Counted from the first letter of the stretch, positions 28,668-39,318 are shown. The stretch is 64,000 nt of DNA from Candidatus Cloacimonadales bacterium (GCA_963662655.2 CAXXTU010000002.1:3360001-3424000), one strand, 5' to 3'. Numbers and translations are program-made. Notes: generated by a model not told the origin, from the sequence alone.

Positions 28668-29519
28668 ATGTCTGGCTTTGGACGGATTGGATTTGTGAAT
28701 CGATCGCGGAATCCACGGAAAGCAGTCAAGTTCTTGGCGACGATCACCGATTACGCCAATCAGACGATCGTAATCAATGCCGGATGCATGTATGGTCATT
28801 CTGCGGCCATTCATTGGGGAGACGGTAATATTACTCCGATTGCCGGCACGGGAAGCGCTTCTGATCGTCCGCATCAATATTCAAAGAACGGCGTCTTCAA
28901 CATCGTGATTCTTGGCGATATCGGGTATGTAATGCGCGTCGAGATAGCAGGTCAAAGCCTTGTAAATCTGATTCCAAGCAGCCTATACGGGCTTACGAAT
29001 TGTCTCTATCTTTCCTTTTTCGGATCTGCCACGAGTATGGAATTATCGCCTAGAATGGCCGGGCTTCCGTCCCTGCAATTTTTTGTGGCCCGTGACCGCT
29101 GTTTCGGAGATGCGGCGTATCTGGCTCTGTGCGAAAATCTCGGATACATCGATATCCGGGAAGCTGACAGGGCACGTGGTGATGTCGGTGCCTTGCTCGG
29201 GCTGCCGCTGGGCTCAATATTCGCAAACAACGCAGGATTTTCTGCATACACGCCCGGCGTGTGTGCCTGGCATGTCGGATTTGTCGGTAATTTCTCCGGC
29301 AACTATGATTTTTCGGACTTGCATATCGTACGCATGTTGATCGACATGAAAACGGCTCGATCGTCAGGCTGGTCGGCCACCGTTACCGTCACGGGCTGTA
29401 ATAGGGGCTCATGCACGATAGCAAACCTTGATGTAGCCTTGGCGACAATCAAGGGCGTTCCTGAAGCCTCGATCGTTGAGTACCTCGATGGCACAGGGAT
29501 CATATTAAACACAAATTAG
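28668..29519 (+). CDS. Putative receptor-binding/fibre protein (PKD-like WGDG domain + leucine-rich repeats)
   Basis: IHWGDG...HQYS..G.FNI; LRR-like L..LTNC.YL, L..L..F, GD...L repeats. Confidence 0.55.
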   Translation: MSGFGRIGFVNRSRNPRKAVKFLATITDYANQTIVINAGCMYGHSAAIHWGDGNITPIAGTGSASDRPHQYSKNGVFNIVILGDIGYVMRVEIAGQSLVNLIPSSLYGLTNCLYLSFFGSATSMELSPRMAGLPSLQFFVARDRCFGDAAYLALCENLGYIDIREADRARGDVGALLGLPLGSIFANNAGFSAYTPGVCAWHVGFVGNFSGNYDFSDLHIVRMLIDMKTARSSGWSATVTVTGCNRGSCTIANLDVALATIKGVPEASIVEYLDGTGIILNTN

Positions 29520-29527
29520 GGGGATGT

Positions 29528-29713
29528 ATGGCTGTATATAACTCAAACGCCTGGAGAATTGTGATCTATAACAATCGCCTGATATGCCTGACCGACTCCG
29601 AAAGCACGATCACAGACTATACGTGCGTCGAGTTCGACACCCGGGAGCAGGCGATTGAATACCTGGAACAGAATGGGATCGATTTCGAGCCATCAGCTAT
29701 CGGGGAATTGTAA
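29528..29713 (+). CDS. Small hypothetical protein (possible fibre chaperone)
   Basis: Coupled to flanking genes; FDTREQAIEYL motif. Confidence 0.5.
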   Translation: MAVYNSNAWRIVIYNNRLICLTDSESTITDYTCVEFDTREQAIEYLEQNGIDFEPSAIGEL

Positions 29714-30240
29714 TGCAGTACACAACCATTGAGAACGTTTTATTACGAATCCCCACGGGGATTCCCAAGGACTTCGAGAATCGTATTATCGAAGCGAATC
29801 CCGAGATTACCGAGGTGGAAAAGAGCGATGCCTGGCTGGCGAAGGTGCTGGAGATCATCGAAGAGGCTTCCGAGAGGATTGATGCCAAGCTGAAGCGATA
29901 CAAGAGGATTTACCATGACGGAACACAGAAGTTCCCCGATGTGACAGACGATCCGCCCACCCCATCCATCATAAGGATTTTATGTGAATTCGAGTGCGCG
30001 TATTCGACGGGTGTGTTCTTCGCTGGAGTAAGGCGCGTACGAACTACCGAAGATGAACAGTACCTTCTGAAGCGGATCAAAGAACGTTACGACGAGATCA
30101 ACGACGGCAGTGTCGTGATTGCAATCGGGGGCGTTGAGGCTTCCAGCGCGTATGAACCGGACTACATCGATCGAGATAGGGGGATTACGCAAGAGGGGAT
30201 GTCCGCCTTCTTCAGTTACGAAACCGAGGAAGAACGATGA
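29713..30240 (+). CDS. Head-tail adaptor (DUF1320/Mu gp36-like)
   Basis: MQYTT.E.V, IEEASERIDAKL..Y, P..IRILC motifs. Confidence 0.65.
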   Translation: MQYTTIENVLLRIPTGIPKDFENRIIEANPEITEVEKSDAWLAKVLEIIEEASERIDAKLKRYKRIYHDGTQKFPDVTDDPPTPSIIRILCEFECAYSTGVFFAGVRRVRTTEDEQYLLKRIKERYDEINDGSVVIAIGGVEASSAYEPDYIDRDRGITQEGMSAFFSYETEEER

Positions 30241-30659
30241 GCGGATACACCAACCAGGCGGAAAACGAACTGGTATCAATACTGAATGAGCTCAACGCGA
30301 AGAACAATTGGGGCATCAGGCTGATTCATAAAAAGACGCGATTCGATTTGAACTACGCCGACCACGAACTTCCGGCTGTGAGCGTGAAGGTGGTGAGCAG
30401 AACGAAAGGTGAGCACATTGGGAAAAAGCTTTCCGGCAACATACTGGTCATGTCGATCGGAAGCGATTGGCATGAAATCCAGGAGGTGAACGACGACCTT
30501 GCAGACGCGATCGGTGATGCGCTGGAATCGTGGAACCCGAAGAATTGGAATTTCGCTTCGTTCAAGGTAATCAAGACAAGTAACATCGGTGATCAGGCGA
30601 ATGCGACCGATTTCTTCTATATGAGCCGGATCGACTTTGTATTTCAATACGTTGGGTAG
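30237..30659 (+). CDS. Putative tail terminator / neck protein
   Basis: 140 aa with ELPAVSV motif; position. Confidence 0.5.
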   Translation: MSGYTNQAENELVSILNELNAKNNWGIRLIHKKTRFDLNYADHELPAVSVKVVSRTKGEHIGKKLSGNILVMSIGSDWHEIQEVNDDLADAIGDALESWNPKNWNFASFKVIKTSNIGDQANATDFFYMSRIDFVFQYVG

Positions 30660-31172
30660 ATGAACCGGATAAATATCCCCGAATTGACACCTGAGACCAT
30701 CGAAAGCTTCGGGAAGCGAGCACAGACATATATGTACTCGCAAATCGTCAGGCAATTCGATGAGAACGGCTTGGGCGGAACATCGCGGGGTGTGATTTGG
30801 GATTATTACAAGCCGTGGTATTACCGAGTTACCGACAACACGGATGTCGATATCTTCGGACAGACCCCGAGGATACGCCCGAGCAGGTACGGCCACACCG
30901 GAGACAATATCCCTGCCAAGCTTCGGGACAATAAGAAAGAGTACGATCGCAGGTATCAGATCGGAGACAAGCTTCTTCAATTTACCGGACGACTCAAAAA
31001 CGCTTTAGTAAGCGATATGCAAATCGATGGAAATATCATTACGCTGATAACGCCCGTGAAATATGCGGCGAAACAGAACGACTCGAGACCCTTCAATTTC
31101 TTCACCGATGAAGATGCGAGTGTCATCGGGGAAATGGCAGTGGATGAGGTTGTAAAGAGAGTAGAGGAATAA
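30660..31172 (+). CDS. Mu gpG-like virion morphogenesis protein
   Basis: LLQFTGRLKNAL, KYAAKQN..RPF motifs. Confidence 0.7.
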   Translation: MNRINIPELTPETIESFGKRAQTYMYSQIVRQFDENGLGGTSRGVIWDYYKPWYYRVTDNTDVDIFGQTPRIRPSRYGHTGDNIPAKLRDNKKEYDRRYQIGDKLLQFTGRLKNALVSDMQIDGNIITLITPVKYAAKQNDSRPFNFFTDEDASVIGEMAVDEVVKRVEE

Positions 31173-31222
31173 ATCCTCTCAATCTCCTCTTATCAGGGGA
31201 GTGTTAAGAAACGGAGACTGGA

Positions 31223-34200
31223 ATGGCGCGGACACTGGAACTGATTATTGAAGCGAATCTCACGGGCGACAAGGACGTACGCGACCTGATCACCTCTCTG
31301 CAGAAAGAACACAGCCTTAAGATCAAGGTTACTCAGAACAATTTAAAGCAAGCAAGCAAGGACATCGAGAAGAGCGCGGAGAACGCGCGCCAGGCATGGG
31401 AACGGTTCAATTACAGCATCATGGATAAGCCTGACCAGCTCGCAGCCAAATTCAAGAACATGCGAGGCGTGATCGAGAAAGGTTTCGGCTTTGAGGAAGG
31501 TGCGGAAAACGCGAGTGCCGAGGCAAAGAAGGCGTATTCCAAGCTGAACGAATGGTTCCGCAAAGAAAACGAGAAGCTTGCCACCACCATGCAAAGCGGC
31601 GGAAAAAAGGCCAGCGACGGATTCGTTTCCGCATTCGGTTCACTGGGCGGACTTGCGGCAAGGTTTACTTTCTACCGTTTTGCAGTTCAGAGAATCGCGC
31701 AGGATACGGCGCAACTCGCTCAAGCGATGATTCAACCCAGCGTGGAGGTTGAAGCACTCCAGATGAGACTGGACAGCCTTTACCAGAGCACCGTAAAGGG
31801 TGCAATGGCGTATGAGAAATTCGCCGGTATCGCCTCGACAATACCTTTTGAATTGAAAGAAGTAACCAATGCAGGTGCGCAACTCAAGGCATTCGGAATG
31901 AGCGCGACGGAATCGCTGAAGGCAATTGCCGATCTTGCCGCTTTCATGGGGACGGATATCGTGTATGCCGCGAACGCTGCGGGACGCCTTTGGGCTGGCG
32001 GCTGGGGGGCTGCCGACGTATTGCGAGAGCGTGGTGTGACGTCGATGATGAAATCCTTCAACGACATCAAGGATGCATCCAAGCTTTCACTTGAAGCCGT
32101 ACGCGAAGCCTTCATGAAGACGCTGACCGATCCGAAAGCCGGTATTGCCGGTGCAACGGAGAAGCTCGCCCGTTCGATGAAGGGATTGCTTTCCAATATG
32201 CAAGACTCGTGGTACATGCTCCGCGCGGAGATCGGAGAACGCTTTTTACCCGTGCTGAAGGAAGGCACCAAATGGGCCACCAAGTTCATGCGGGAACTTT
32301 CGGAAACGAACCTTGAAAAAACGATCAGGGAACTCAGGCAAATCGGGGGAGCTGCCGAAGACATTAGAAAACTGGAAAAGATCAAGCTGGAACTCGAATT
32401 ATTGGGTGTTGAGAAACAGATCAAGGCGATCAATACCGAAAACAAATCATTGGAAGATATCCAGAACAAAATTAATAAAAACACACAGTATCAAACGAGT
32501 CTTATTAAGACCCAGGGAGAGGCAGAGGCAAATCTAATCGCGATCAGAAAGTCGGAAGAAGAGGGCAAACTCAACAAACGTACGACACAGATCATGATTA
32601 ACAAAATGAAGGCTGAGCAAAAGTTGCTTGGGGCTAACCTGGCCATGAACATTGCTTCGAACACTTCTTTGAAGGCGCTGAGACAGAATACTGAGGATTT
32701 TATTGAAGAGAACTCAAAACGCCTCAAGCAGTTAGACGAGGAAGGGGAAAAGAATTATGACCTTCTTGAGGTGATGCAAAAGAAGTTATTATTAGAAGAG
32801 CAGATAAGTCTTCTTGGGAAACCCATCGATGAAACGAATACAACGCCGGAAGTCAACGAAGAAGAATTGAATAAGGCGCGCAACACGTGGGAAAACTATT
32901 GGCGATCGCTTCAAACCAAACGCGAACAGATCAAGCTTGAAGAAATCGACATGATCGCGGCGTTGAATGCGTATCGGGATAAGGCGGGGTATAAAGAGGA
33001 AAGCGAGTGGTATGAAACGCGCCACAAGATGATTACCGACAACACGACGAAGCTCTATGCCGAACTGGACCGGATGGAAGATGAAGACGATGAGCGCAAG
33101 AAACAAAAGGAAAACGACAGGATCGAAGGAATCTTCCAGAAAGAACTACAAGTAGCGTCGTACAAGAAAGAGTTGGGTGTTGCCAGCAACAAAGACCTGA
33201 TGGAAATCTATGGACGCTATCTGGAATGGCTGGAAACGGCGTATGGCGAAGACAGTGCAGCATATCAGAAGGTGCTTTCAGAGAAAAACAGGGCTGCGGA
33301 GAACTGGCACGACGAGCAGATCGATCATTGGAAAGATCATCACAAGGCTGCGGTGAAGGCGATCGATGCCATCGGTGACGCGTGGTCAACGATGTGGAAC
33401 GAGATGCTCATCGAGGGATGGCAAGGCATGAACTCCCTGCAAAAGATGTGGGATGCTGCCTGGCGAAGCGCGGTACAGGGCATCGCCGATATCACGAAGG
33501 AGTGGATCAAGAAATCGGCGATCGAGCTTATGGTTCAGGAAGAGACTTCGGGATCCAAAGCGGCACTCATGGAATCCGAGGTTGCAGCCAAAGAGGCTTC
33601 CGAGACGCAGAAACAGGCTGCCATTGCCCGAACCGCAAGCGTAGAGAATGGGATTGTCTCTTCAACTGTGCTTTCGAACGCTGTTCAATATTCTTCTGAT
33701 GCAGCGACAAAGGCAATAACGGAGACCGCGAAACAATCTTCTATGACACAGACTGCTGTTATCAGCAAGATAACGGCTGCCTCCGAGATGTTGGACGACA
33801 AGGGCGTCATCGCTACGGAACTGGGGGAATCGGCAGCGAAGGTGATGTCGCAGTGGGCGGACAAGGGGCCTTTTGGTTGGGCTGCCGGTTCGACGCAGGT
33901 GTTGGCGATGGTGGAAACGATGGTTGGTATTATTGCCTCGATACGCCCTCAACTTGGGTTTGCCGGTGGTGGATATACGGGTGACGGCAACAAATACGAC
34001 CTGGCCGGTAATGTTCACAGGGGTGAATTCGTGTTTACTTCCGAGGCGACTCGTGGGCAGATTTTGGGGCTCGACTTACTACACAACTTCATGAAAGCCG
34101 GTGGGAACCTGCTGGATGTCCTCATACCGAGTATCGATTTGAGAGCTGCGGTCATGGCGCCCGGAGCAGGATCGTTCATGGCGGGTGATCCTCAAGTACT

Positions 34201-34351
34201 ACAGGAGCTTCGCGCAATCCGCGGGGAAGTCGCTGGACTGAAGACGTCAATCAACGAAATGCCCGACAAGTTTATACCCGTACAACGGGACACGGACGTT
34301 TACAACGCCAACAAACGAATCGAGAAACGAGTCTCAAGGCGGAGGTTTTAG
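31223..34351 (+). CDS. Tail tape measure protein
   Basis: 1042 aa, helical; PFELKEV...L.AFG, DLAA, GLLSNMQD; lambda-type C-terminus FAGGGYTGDGNKYD.AG.VHRGEFVF. Confidence 0.92.
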   Translation: MARTLELIIEANLTGDKDVRDLITSLQKEHSLKIKVTQNNLKQASKDIEKSAENARQAWERFNYSIMDKPDQLAAKFKNMRGVIEKGFGFEEGAENASAEAKKAYSKLNEWFRKENEKLATTMQSGGKKASDGFVSAFGSLGGLAARFTFYRFAVQRIAQDTAQLAQAMIQPSVEVEALQMRLDSLYQSTVKGAMAYEKFAGIASTIPFELKEVTNAGAQLKAFGMSATESLKAIADLAAFMGTDIVYAANAAGRLWAGGWGAADVLRERGVTSMMKSFNDIKDASKLSLEAVREAFMKTLTDPKAGIAGATEKLARSMKGLLSNMQDSWYMLRAEIGERFLPVLKEGTKWATKFMRELSETNLEKTIRELRQIGGAAEDIRKLEKIKLELELLGVEKQIKAINTENKSLEDIQNKINKNTQYQTSLIKTQGEAEANLIAIRKSEEEGKLNKRTTQIMINKMKAEQKLLGANLAMNIASNTSLKALRQNTEDFIEENSKRLKQLDEEGEKNYDLLEVMQKKLLLEEQISLLGKPIDETNTTPEVNEEELNKARNTWENYWRSLQTKREQIKLEEIDMIAALNAYRDKAGYKEESEWYETRHKMITDNTTKLYAELDRMEDEDDERKKQKENDRIEGIFQKELQVASYKKELGVASNKDLMEIYGRYLEWLETAYGEDSAAYQKVLSEKNRAAENWHDEQIDHWKDHHKAAVKAIDAIGDAWSTMWNEMLIEGWQGMNSLQKMWDAAWRSAVQGIADITKEWIKKSAIELMVQEETSGSKAALMESEVAAKEASETQKQAAIARTASVENGIVSSTVLSNAVQYSSDAATKAITETAKQSSMTQTAVISKITAASEMLDDKGVIATELGESAAKVMSQWADKGPFGWAAGSTQVLAMVETMVGIIASIRPQLGFAGGGYTGDGNKYDLAGNVHRGEFVFTSEATRGQILGLDLLHNFMKAGGNLLDVLIPSIDLRAAVMAPGAGSFMAGDPQVLQELRAIRGEVAGLKTSINEMPDKFIPVQRDTDVYNANKRIEKRVSRRRF

Positions 34352-34354
34352 GGT

Positions 34355-36418
34355 ATGGCGAACGATATTGGATTATACCGTGTAACGGTGAGAGTGGGAT
34401 TTTCCAACTATAACGATCCCAATAGCTGGCACGGAATCCCGAACATCACGAGTGCCCGGATGATCCAGACAAATCATGGTGAAGAGGACGACCCGCTCGA
34501 AGTGTGGGCGTCGAGTTCTACTCCCAATCCATACAGCGGATCGGTAGATTTTGAATTCAGGTTTCCGAAATCCGACTGGCTGAGTGGTATCACTTACATG
34601 CTGCTTGTGGAAGTGGACGGATACGAAAATCTCGAGTTGTATTCCCTGGACGGCTCTACGATCGCGAACTATTGCTCGTACTACCAAGAGCCTTATGCTC
34701 TTCCTCTTCAGGAAATGACGTATATCGTGGTGGGACAAGTTATATTAGCAATTTTCGGCGATGGAATCCACGCGATATCGGGGCTTCATGTCAACATCGG
34801 GACAGGAGATTATTATAATCAGGATTATCTCGAGGTCATGATGGTTCCCGGATATTACACCATTACGATCGACAGCAGCAACTACGTGACGAAGACAAAG
34901 GATATTTACGTTGCCCCTTACGGCTATCAATTGCTCAACATCACACTGACTTACCTGAACTCCGTTGATACCGCGAAAGAAACCGGGCGTATTGCACTAC
35001 GCTTTTTGAGCAAGGAAACGGGACAGGAATACGACGCACAATCCTTGATCCTGCTGGACTCCGACCTTGGAATGAAACGATTGATCAGCGAGAACGGTAT
35101 GCGTGAGGCGAGGGAAATAACGCTTACCTTTGCAAAAAACGATTGGCTTGTTCAGCATTTTCGCGAAACGGACAACGAAACCGGCGACTATTTAATCGAC
35201 ATCTATGCGGGAGCAAACCTCATCATGCGTGGTGTGGCCGATGTGGCTTCGACCGAGATCAATCAGGATACGGTGCGGTTGAGTGTGAACGATTATCTAG
35301 TGCTGATTCCCATTTACGGAGAAAGCTTGTTTCTGAAGGTTCGCGAAACCGTATTGCAGGAGTTTCGCGCGTATCCATCGAACCTACTGCTCAAGGCGAT
35401 TCTGGACGAGATATTCGATGAATCCGGTATCGATTTCAGCTCGCCCGATCTGCCGAACAACTGTAAAGAGGAATTCGATTTTACTGCCGAGCTCCCGGAC
35501 TGGTGGAGCGATGAGGACATCGACGGGCAGGGAGAATACGGACAACGATTTTACATGGGATTTCCCTGTTACAATGCCGACCACGAAGATGGTGAGGATG
35601 TTTTTGCCCCTCTTCTGGACTGCGTGGTGCTTTACCGGACGATATGGTATGCCGAGCAGGGCGACGGTGAGCGAGTTACGCATCTACGAATCATTGTGAA
35701 GGGGCCGAACGGACTGATTTCATTCGATCGGGAGAACACAAGTTACCCCGGGGCATTTCTTTCGGGAACCCGAGAAGCGTGGGAAAAGGATATCGAGATT
35801 TTCAGCATGGATAGCGATTGCGGAATGATGCTGGGCGGACACAATATTCGCGGAATTATGCCGAGTGCCGTCGATACCCGCCAGGTGGACGACCATGAAT
35901 GTCAGATGATCTTCGGCCACAAGGTTTATTCTGCGCGTGTAACCAATTGGGAGAAAATCACCCCGCTGCGAGCCGGAGAATTATCGTATCAGGAAATCCT
36001 GAAATCCATCCTCTGGGTAAAAGACCTGACCGTCATTGCCGACGCGACTGGCCGGATTCGATTCATGAACAGGGAAATGCTGGCGAACGGATTCGATCCC
36101 CTTGTGGTGGGAAGCGACGTTTTGCCAGATGGATGGGTTCTGAGCGACGCGCCGAGCTGGTTCGACTCGGATCGCGAAGAAGATCACAGCGGTGCATTGA
36201 GCGAGGATGCGGAGTTTTTCGAAGAGAAAATCAAACAATTGAAACGGCGAGATGCCGAATCCACATGGAGAAGCCGAAAGGGCGGAGAGCTTGAGGTTCT
36301 TTCCATGATTGACCTGCATTTGGGCGATCAGATCATATTAGATGGTAGAACATTGATCGTGATTGGTTTGAAGCTGGACGACTTTGGCGGAAAGTACGAT
36401 GTCGAGTATCTCGAATAG
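34355..36418 (+). CDS. Tail hub/baseplate protein with N-terminal Ig/PEGA-like domains
   Basis: Follows TMP; PGYYTITI..SNY.T motif; C-terminal LHLGDQIILDG..LIV. Confidence 0.55.
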   Translation: MANDIGLYRVTVRVGFSNYNDPNSWHGIPNITSARMIQTNHGEEDDPLEVWASSSTPNPYSGSVDFEFRFPKSDWLSGITYMLLVEVDGYENLELYSLDGSTIANYCSYYQEPYALPLQEMTYIVVGQVILAIFGDGIHAISGLHVNIGTGDYYNQDYLEVMMVPGYYTITIDSSNYVTKTKDIYVAPYGYQLLNITLTYLNSVDTAKETGRIALRFLSKETGQEYDAQSLILLDSDLGMKRLISENGMREAREITLTFAKNDWLVQHFRETDNETGDYLIDIYAGANLIMRGVADVASTEINQDTVRLSVNDYLVLIPIYGESLFLKVRETVLQEFRAYPSNLLLKAILDEIFDESGIDFSSPDLPNNCKEEFDFTAELPDWWSDEDIDGQGEYGQRFYMGFPCYNADHEDGEDVFAPLLDCVVLYRTIWYAEQGDGERVTHLRIIVKGPNGLISFDRENTSYPGAFLSGTREAWEKDIEIFSMDSDCGMMLGGHNIRGIMPSAVDTRQVDDHECQMIFGHKVYSARVTNWEKITPLRAGELSYQEILKSILWVKDLTVIADATGRIRFMNREMLANGFDPLVVGSDVLPDGWVLSDAPSWFDSDREEDHSGALSEDAEFFEEKIKQLKRRDAESTWRSRKGGELEVLSMIDLHLGDQIILDGRTLIVIGLKLDDFGGKYDVEYLE

Positions 36419-36427
36419 GTGATTGAA

Positions 36428-36946
36428 ATGAGCGAAGTACAACATTTTATTGGATATGGGAAACTGAGAGTCGAGTATGGCGGCTTGGTGGCTGAATTCG
36501 AGAAGACAACCGAAATTGAATTCCATGCCGAAGAGGAATACGAGATTTACAAGAACGTACGAGGCGGCCCCGAGAGCGGGAAACGATTCATGTGCTCCGG
36601 CGGGTATTATATGAAGATCGCCCGACGGGTGTATTATACGGAAGCCACTTCAAAAGAGACGTTCAAGAAGTTTATCCGGATCCTCAACAACAGCCGACAA
36701 AGCAATCCTCGCTGGCGGGATCCGATCAAGGTGTATCCCGAGTATGACCCGAACTTTGAGCATAATCAGTGGTACTGGTGTTACATGACGAATGGCGCGA
36801 ACTGGCATCGGGCTTTTACGGCAGAAGTAGGCCAGTACCGAGACCTTGAATTTATTGGAAGCGAACTACTACTTCACGAGCCGAGCTACACACACGGTGA
36901 CGGTGAAGGCTATGGCGAAGACTATGGCGACGACTATGGAGGTTGA
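36428..36946 (+). CDS. Putative distal tail protein
   Basis: RBS AGGTGA; ends in repeated GYGEDYGDDYGG. Confidence 0.45.
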   Translation: MSEVQHFIGYGKLRVEYGGLVAEFEKTTEIEFHAEEEYEIYKNVRGGPESGKRFMCSGGYYMKIARRVYYTEATSKETFKKFIRILNNSRQSNPRWRDPIKVYPEYDPNFEHNQWYWCYMTNGANWHRAFTAEVGQYRDLEFIGSELLLHEPSYTHGDGEGYGEDYGDDYGG

Positions 36947-37917
36947 CAATGGCCATTACAGATCACTTTGAACTATACTTACCCGCAGCGCATGAAGACG
37001 GATGCGCCAGCGCCCTGAACAACAACCTGATTACGATCGATGGGCTGATGTATGCGAATCAGCAGGCAATCGCGAACCACATGTCGAGCGGAACAGCACA
37101 CCAGGCGGCGAAAATCACGGCTTCCGGCCCGGGTGGGGCAACAAACGCTCAGGCGGCATTGAATTATCTGGAATCCGCGAAGAGTAATACAGGCCACACA
37201 CATCCAGGATACGCCACTACATCTGTGACTGATAATATCGAAGAGCGTCTTGAAGCCGTTGAAGATCAGATTGAAGGGCTTGATCCGAACAAGGTTCTTG
37301 TCACTTCCGGTGATAGCGATTTGGCGACGGAGACGAAGAGAACTGCCCACAACAAGGACTTCGGGACGGGCGCAACAGACGTAATGCCTGGTAACTATGC
37401 TTACTCGAAGGCGGAAACCGATGCAAAGGTTGCGGGGATCAACGAGAATGTATCGGGAATAACGCTTTCTGGTATCAGCGCGCGCGACCAGAATGAGAAT
37501 GTGCGTCTGATACTGCCGCAAGTAATATCCGCAATTACGGGCATCGCCCTGTCCGGGCCCTATACGATCGAGTATATCGTAGATAATACGGCAACCATCG
37601 ACTGGAGCCTTACGACATCACAGGAAACGTTGATATCTACACAAAACCATGTGGCCGTACCGAAACCGGTGGAGGGCGATAGCGTGTACAATTCGACGGC
37701 GTACGTGCACTACCGCGTGAAGTTTACCAACGCGAATTCCACGAGCTATACCCCTTGGACGGCGGGAAGCCTTGCGGTGGATGAACCGGCGGATTTTGTC
37801 GAGCAGGTTGCTGACCGCATCATTGCGAACAGTACGGCAATGGCGCTGGTGGGAGACCGTGTTGCAACGAATCCTGCTGCTATAGCCGCGATTTCGAGCA
37901 ATATCGCTTCTTCGTAG
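36943..37917 (+). CDS. Putative tail fibre protein
   Basis: LNNNLITIDG, H.A..I, TN.QAAL..L, GHTH, YSKAETDAK fibre-type motifs. Confidence 0.6.
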   Translation: MTMAITDHFELYLPAAHEDGCASALNNNLITIDGLMYANQQAIANHMSSGTAHQAAKITASGPGGATNAQAALNYLESAKSNTGHTHPGYATTSVTDNIEERLEAVEDQIEGLDPNKVLVTSGDSDLATETKRTAHNKDFGTGATDVMPGNYAYSKAETDAKVAGINENVSGITLSGISARDQNENVRLILPQVISAITGIALSGPYTIEYIVDNTATIDWSLTTSQETLISTQNHVAVPKPVEGDSVYNSTAYVHYRVKFTNANSTSYTPWTAGSLAVDEPADFVEQVADRIIANSTAMALVGDRVATNPAAIAAISSNIASS

Positions 37918-37932
37918 AAACAGGAGAAATGA

Positions 37933-38871
37933 ATGTCTTGGAGATTACCGGAAAATCTGCGCATACAAGGTTTGGGAAAGTATATCCGAAACGACGGGAC
38001 GCCGAGAGATCGTGGAATTGAGATAACCGGTGAATTTTTCGGCGTGAAGAATCCACCGACGACGCTGGACCAGGCGACGAACGATTTGCGGAGGATTTTC
38101 CGCGAGGACAACCTGGCGGAACGGAGAGTGATGCGGAAGGAAGTGGAGATCGAAGCTGGTGGAGAAGCGGGGACAGTATCCGGGCTCCTGCAACACGATT
38201 TCATGGCGATGTCGGCAGGAACGTACTACGTGAACAATGACGTTTGCCTCGGGCAAAGCTGCCAATGGAAGCGGATTCAGGTGACAGACTACGCGGCGAT
38301 CAATGACAACCTACTACCGAAGTACGTATCCGTTACCTACAACGGTAAAACCATAACTTTCAGCAACGATTCCGGTGGTGGATCCAAGACTTGGTCTGAC
38401 AAGGCAGGCGACGATCTGCTTGCGAAAGAGATAGCAACGGTGATACAAAACTATTTCGGGGCCGAGAGCGACGAGATCATCGTTGCAGGTGAATATGACG
38501 ACTACATCTTTTTCAGGGCGGATGTGTTCACCGCGGTGTCGCTGAACTATACGACGGGATTCGACCCTGCCAACACGACGCTTTCGACCGAAACCGCACC
38601 GTGCTATGTTGACTCGAAACTGTACGGTGATTGTGCTTACAATACCTACGCGAAGAGCAATATCTATTTCCCTTCGAGTAGCGCCGAACTGGGCGGATTC
38701 CCTGTGATCATGTCCAACTGTCGAGCTTGCGAGGTTTGTATCCACGCGTGCCCAGCATTGGCGATCTACAATCGGCTAACAAAGACTGCCGAGAGCCTAT
38801 CGTCGATCAATCCTAATCTTCGGGATGAATGGGTGAAATGCGCACAGGCGAAGATGGGTGATGATTTGTAA
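37933..38871 (+). CDS. Last late-operon protein, with C-terminal ferredoxin-like CxxCxxCxxxCP motif
   Basis: RBS AGGAG; CRACEVCIHACPALAI at 38719-38766. Confidence 0.6.
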   Translation: MSWRLPENLRIQGLGKYIRNDGTPRDRGIEITGEFFGVKNPPTTLDQATNDLRRIFREDNLAERRVMRKEVEIEAGGEAGTVSGLLQHDFMAMSAGTYYVNNDVCLGQSCQWKRIQVTDYAAINDNLLPKYVSVTYNGKTITFSNDSGGGSKTWSDKAGDDLLAKEIATVIQNYFGAESDEIIVAGEYDDYIFFRADVFTAVSLNYTTGFDPANTTLSTETAPCYVDSKLYGDCAYNTYAKSNIYFPSSSAELGGFPVIMSNCRACEVCIHACPALAIYNRLTKTAESLSSINPNLRDEWVKCAQAKMGDDL

Positions 38872-38899
38872 CATCCTGTGGATTTATGATGGTAAAGAG

Positions 38900-38924
38900 A
38901 AACCCCGTGCGACCACGGGGTTTT
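38900..38924. terminator. Bidirectional intrinsic terminator between late operon and accessory array
   Basis: AAACCCCGTG-cgac-CACGGGGTTTT between convergent genes. Confidence 0.75.
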
Positions 38925-38934
38925 GACTATGAAG

Positions 38935-39318
38935 TTATACGGAATCTTCGTACTTGTCAAGCAGCAAGTCAATACCCTTTTTAATGACGCCGGGGAAGCT
39001 ATTGATATCATTGAACGTATCAACCCCATCCCCCGATTGAGTTCTTCCGATGTAAACTTTGACGAAAAAATCCTCTACTATGAACGTGCCATCTTTGATC
39101 TCTTCAGTTCCGGGATACATGTAAATCGCTCCGATGTGCTTCGTTTTAACAGGTCGGGTGCTTTCCAGTACGTGGACAAGCTCGATGCAGCATAGTTCAT
39201 TATCCGAATTTGGGGGTATTATGTGCAGTGCGAACTTGGCTGTTTCTCTGAGAACGGATTTAAGTTTGTTTCTGACAACCTTTTCGTCTTTAAGATGATC
39301 GAGAACTGCTTGAATCAT
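38935..39318 (-). CDS. Hypothetical accessory protein
   Basis: RBS AAGGAG; 127 aa. Confidence 0.65.
   Translation of the reverse strand: MIQAVLDHLKDEKVVRNKLKSVLRETAKFALHIIPPNSDNELCCIELVHVLESTRPVKTKHIGAIYMYPGTEEIKDGTFIVEDFFVKVYIGRTQSGDGVDTFNDINSFPGVIKKGIDLLLDKYEDSV

Noticed and set aside
28665..36430. Four late-gene junctions where TAG is followed in frame by the next gene (28667, 30659, 34351, 36418), suggesting TAG recoding or read-through
   Set aside because: Genes are full length under the standard code, most downstream genes have their own RBS, no suppressor tRNA is present, and in-frame junctions occur one time in three by chance
28668..38871. Diversity-generating retroelement or invertible tail-fibre cassette
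   Set aside because: No reverse transcriptase in the window, and I saw no TR/VR pair or inverted fibre segments by eye; a self dot-plot would be needed to exclude short sites fully
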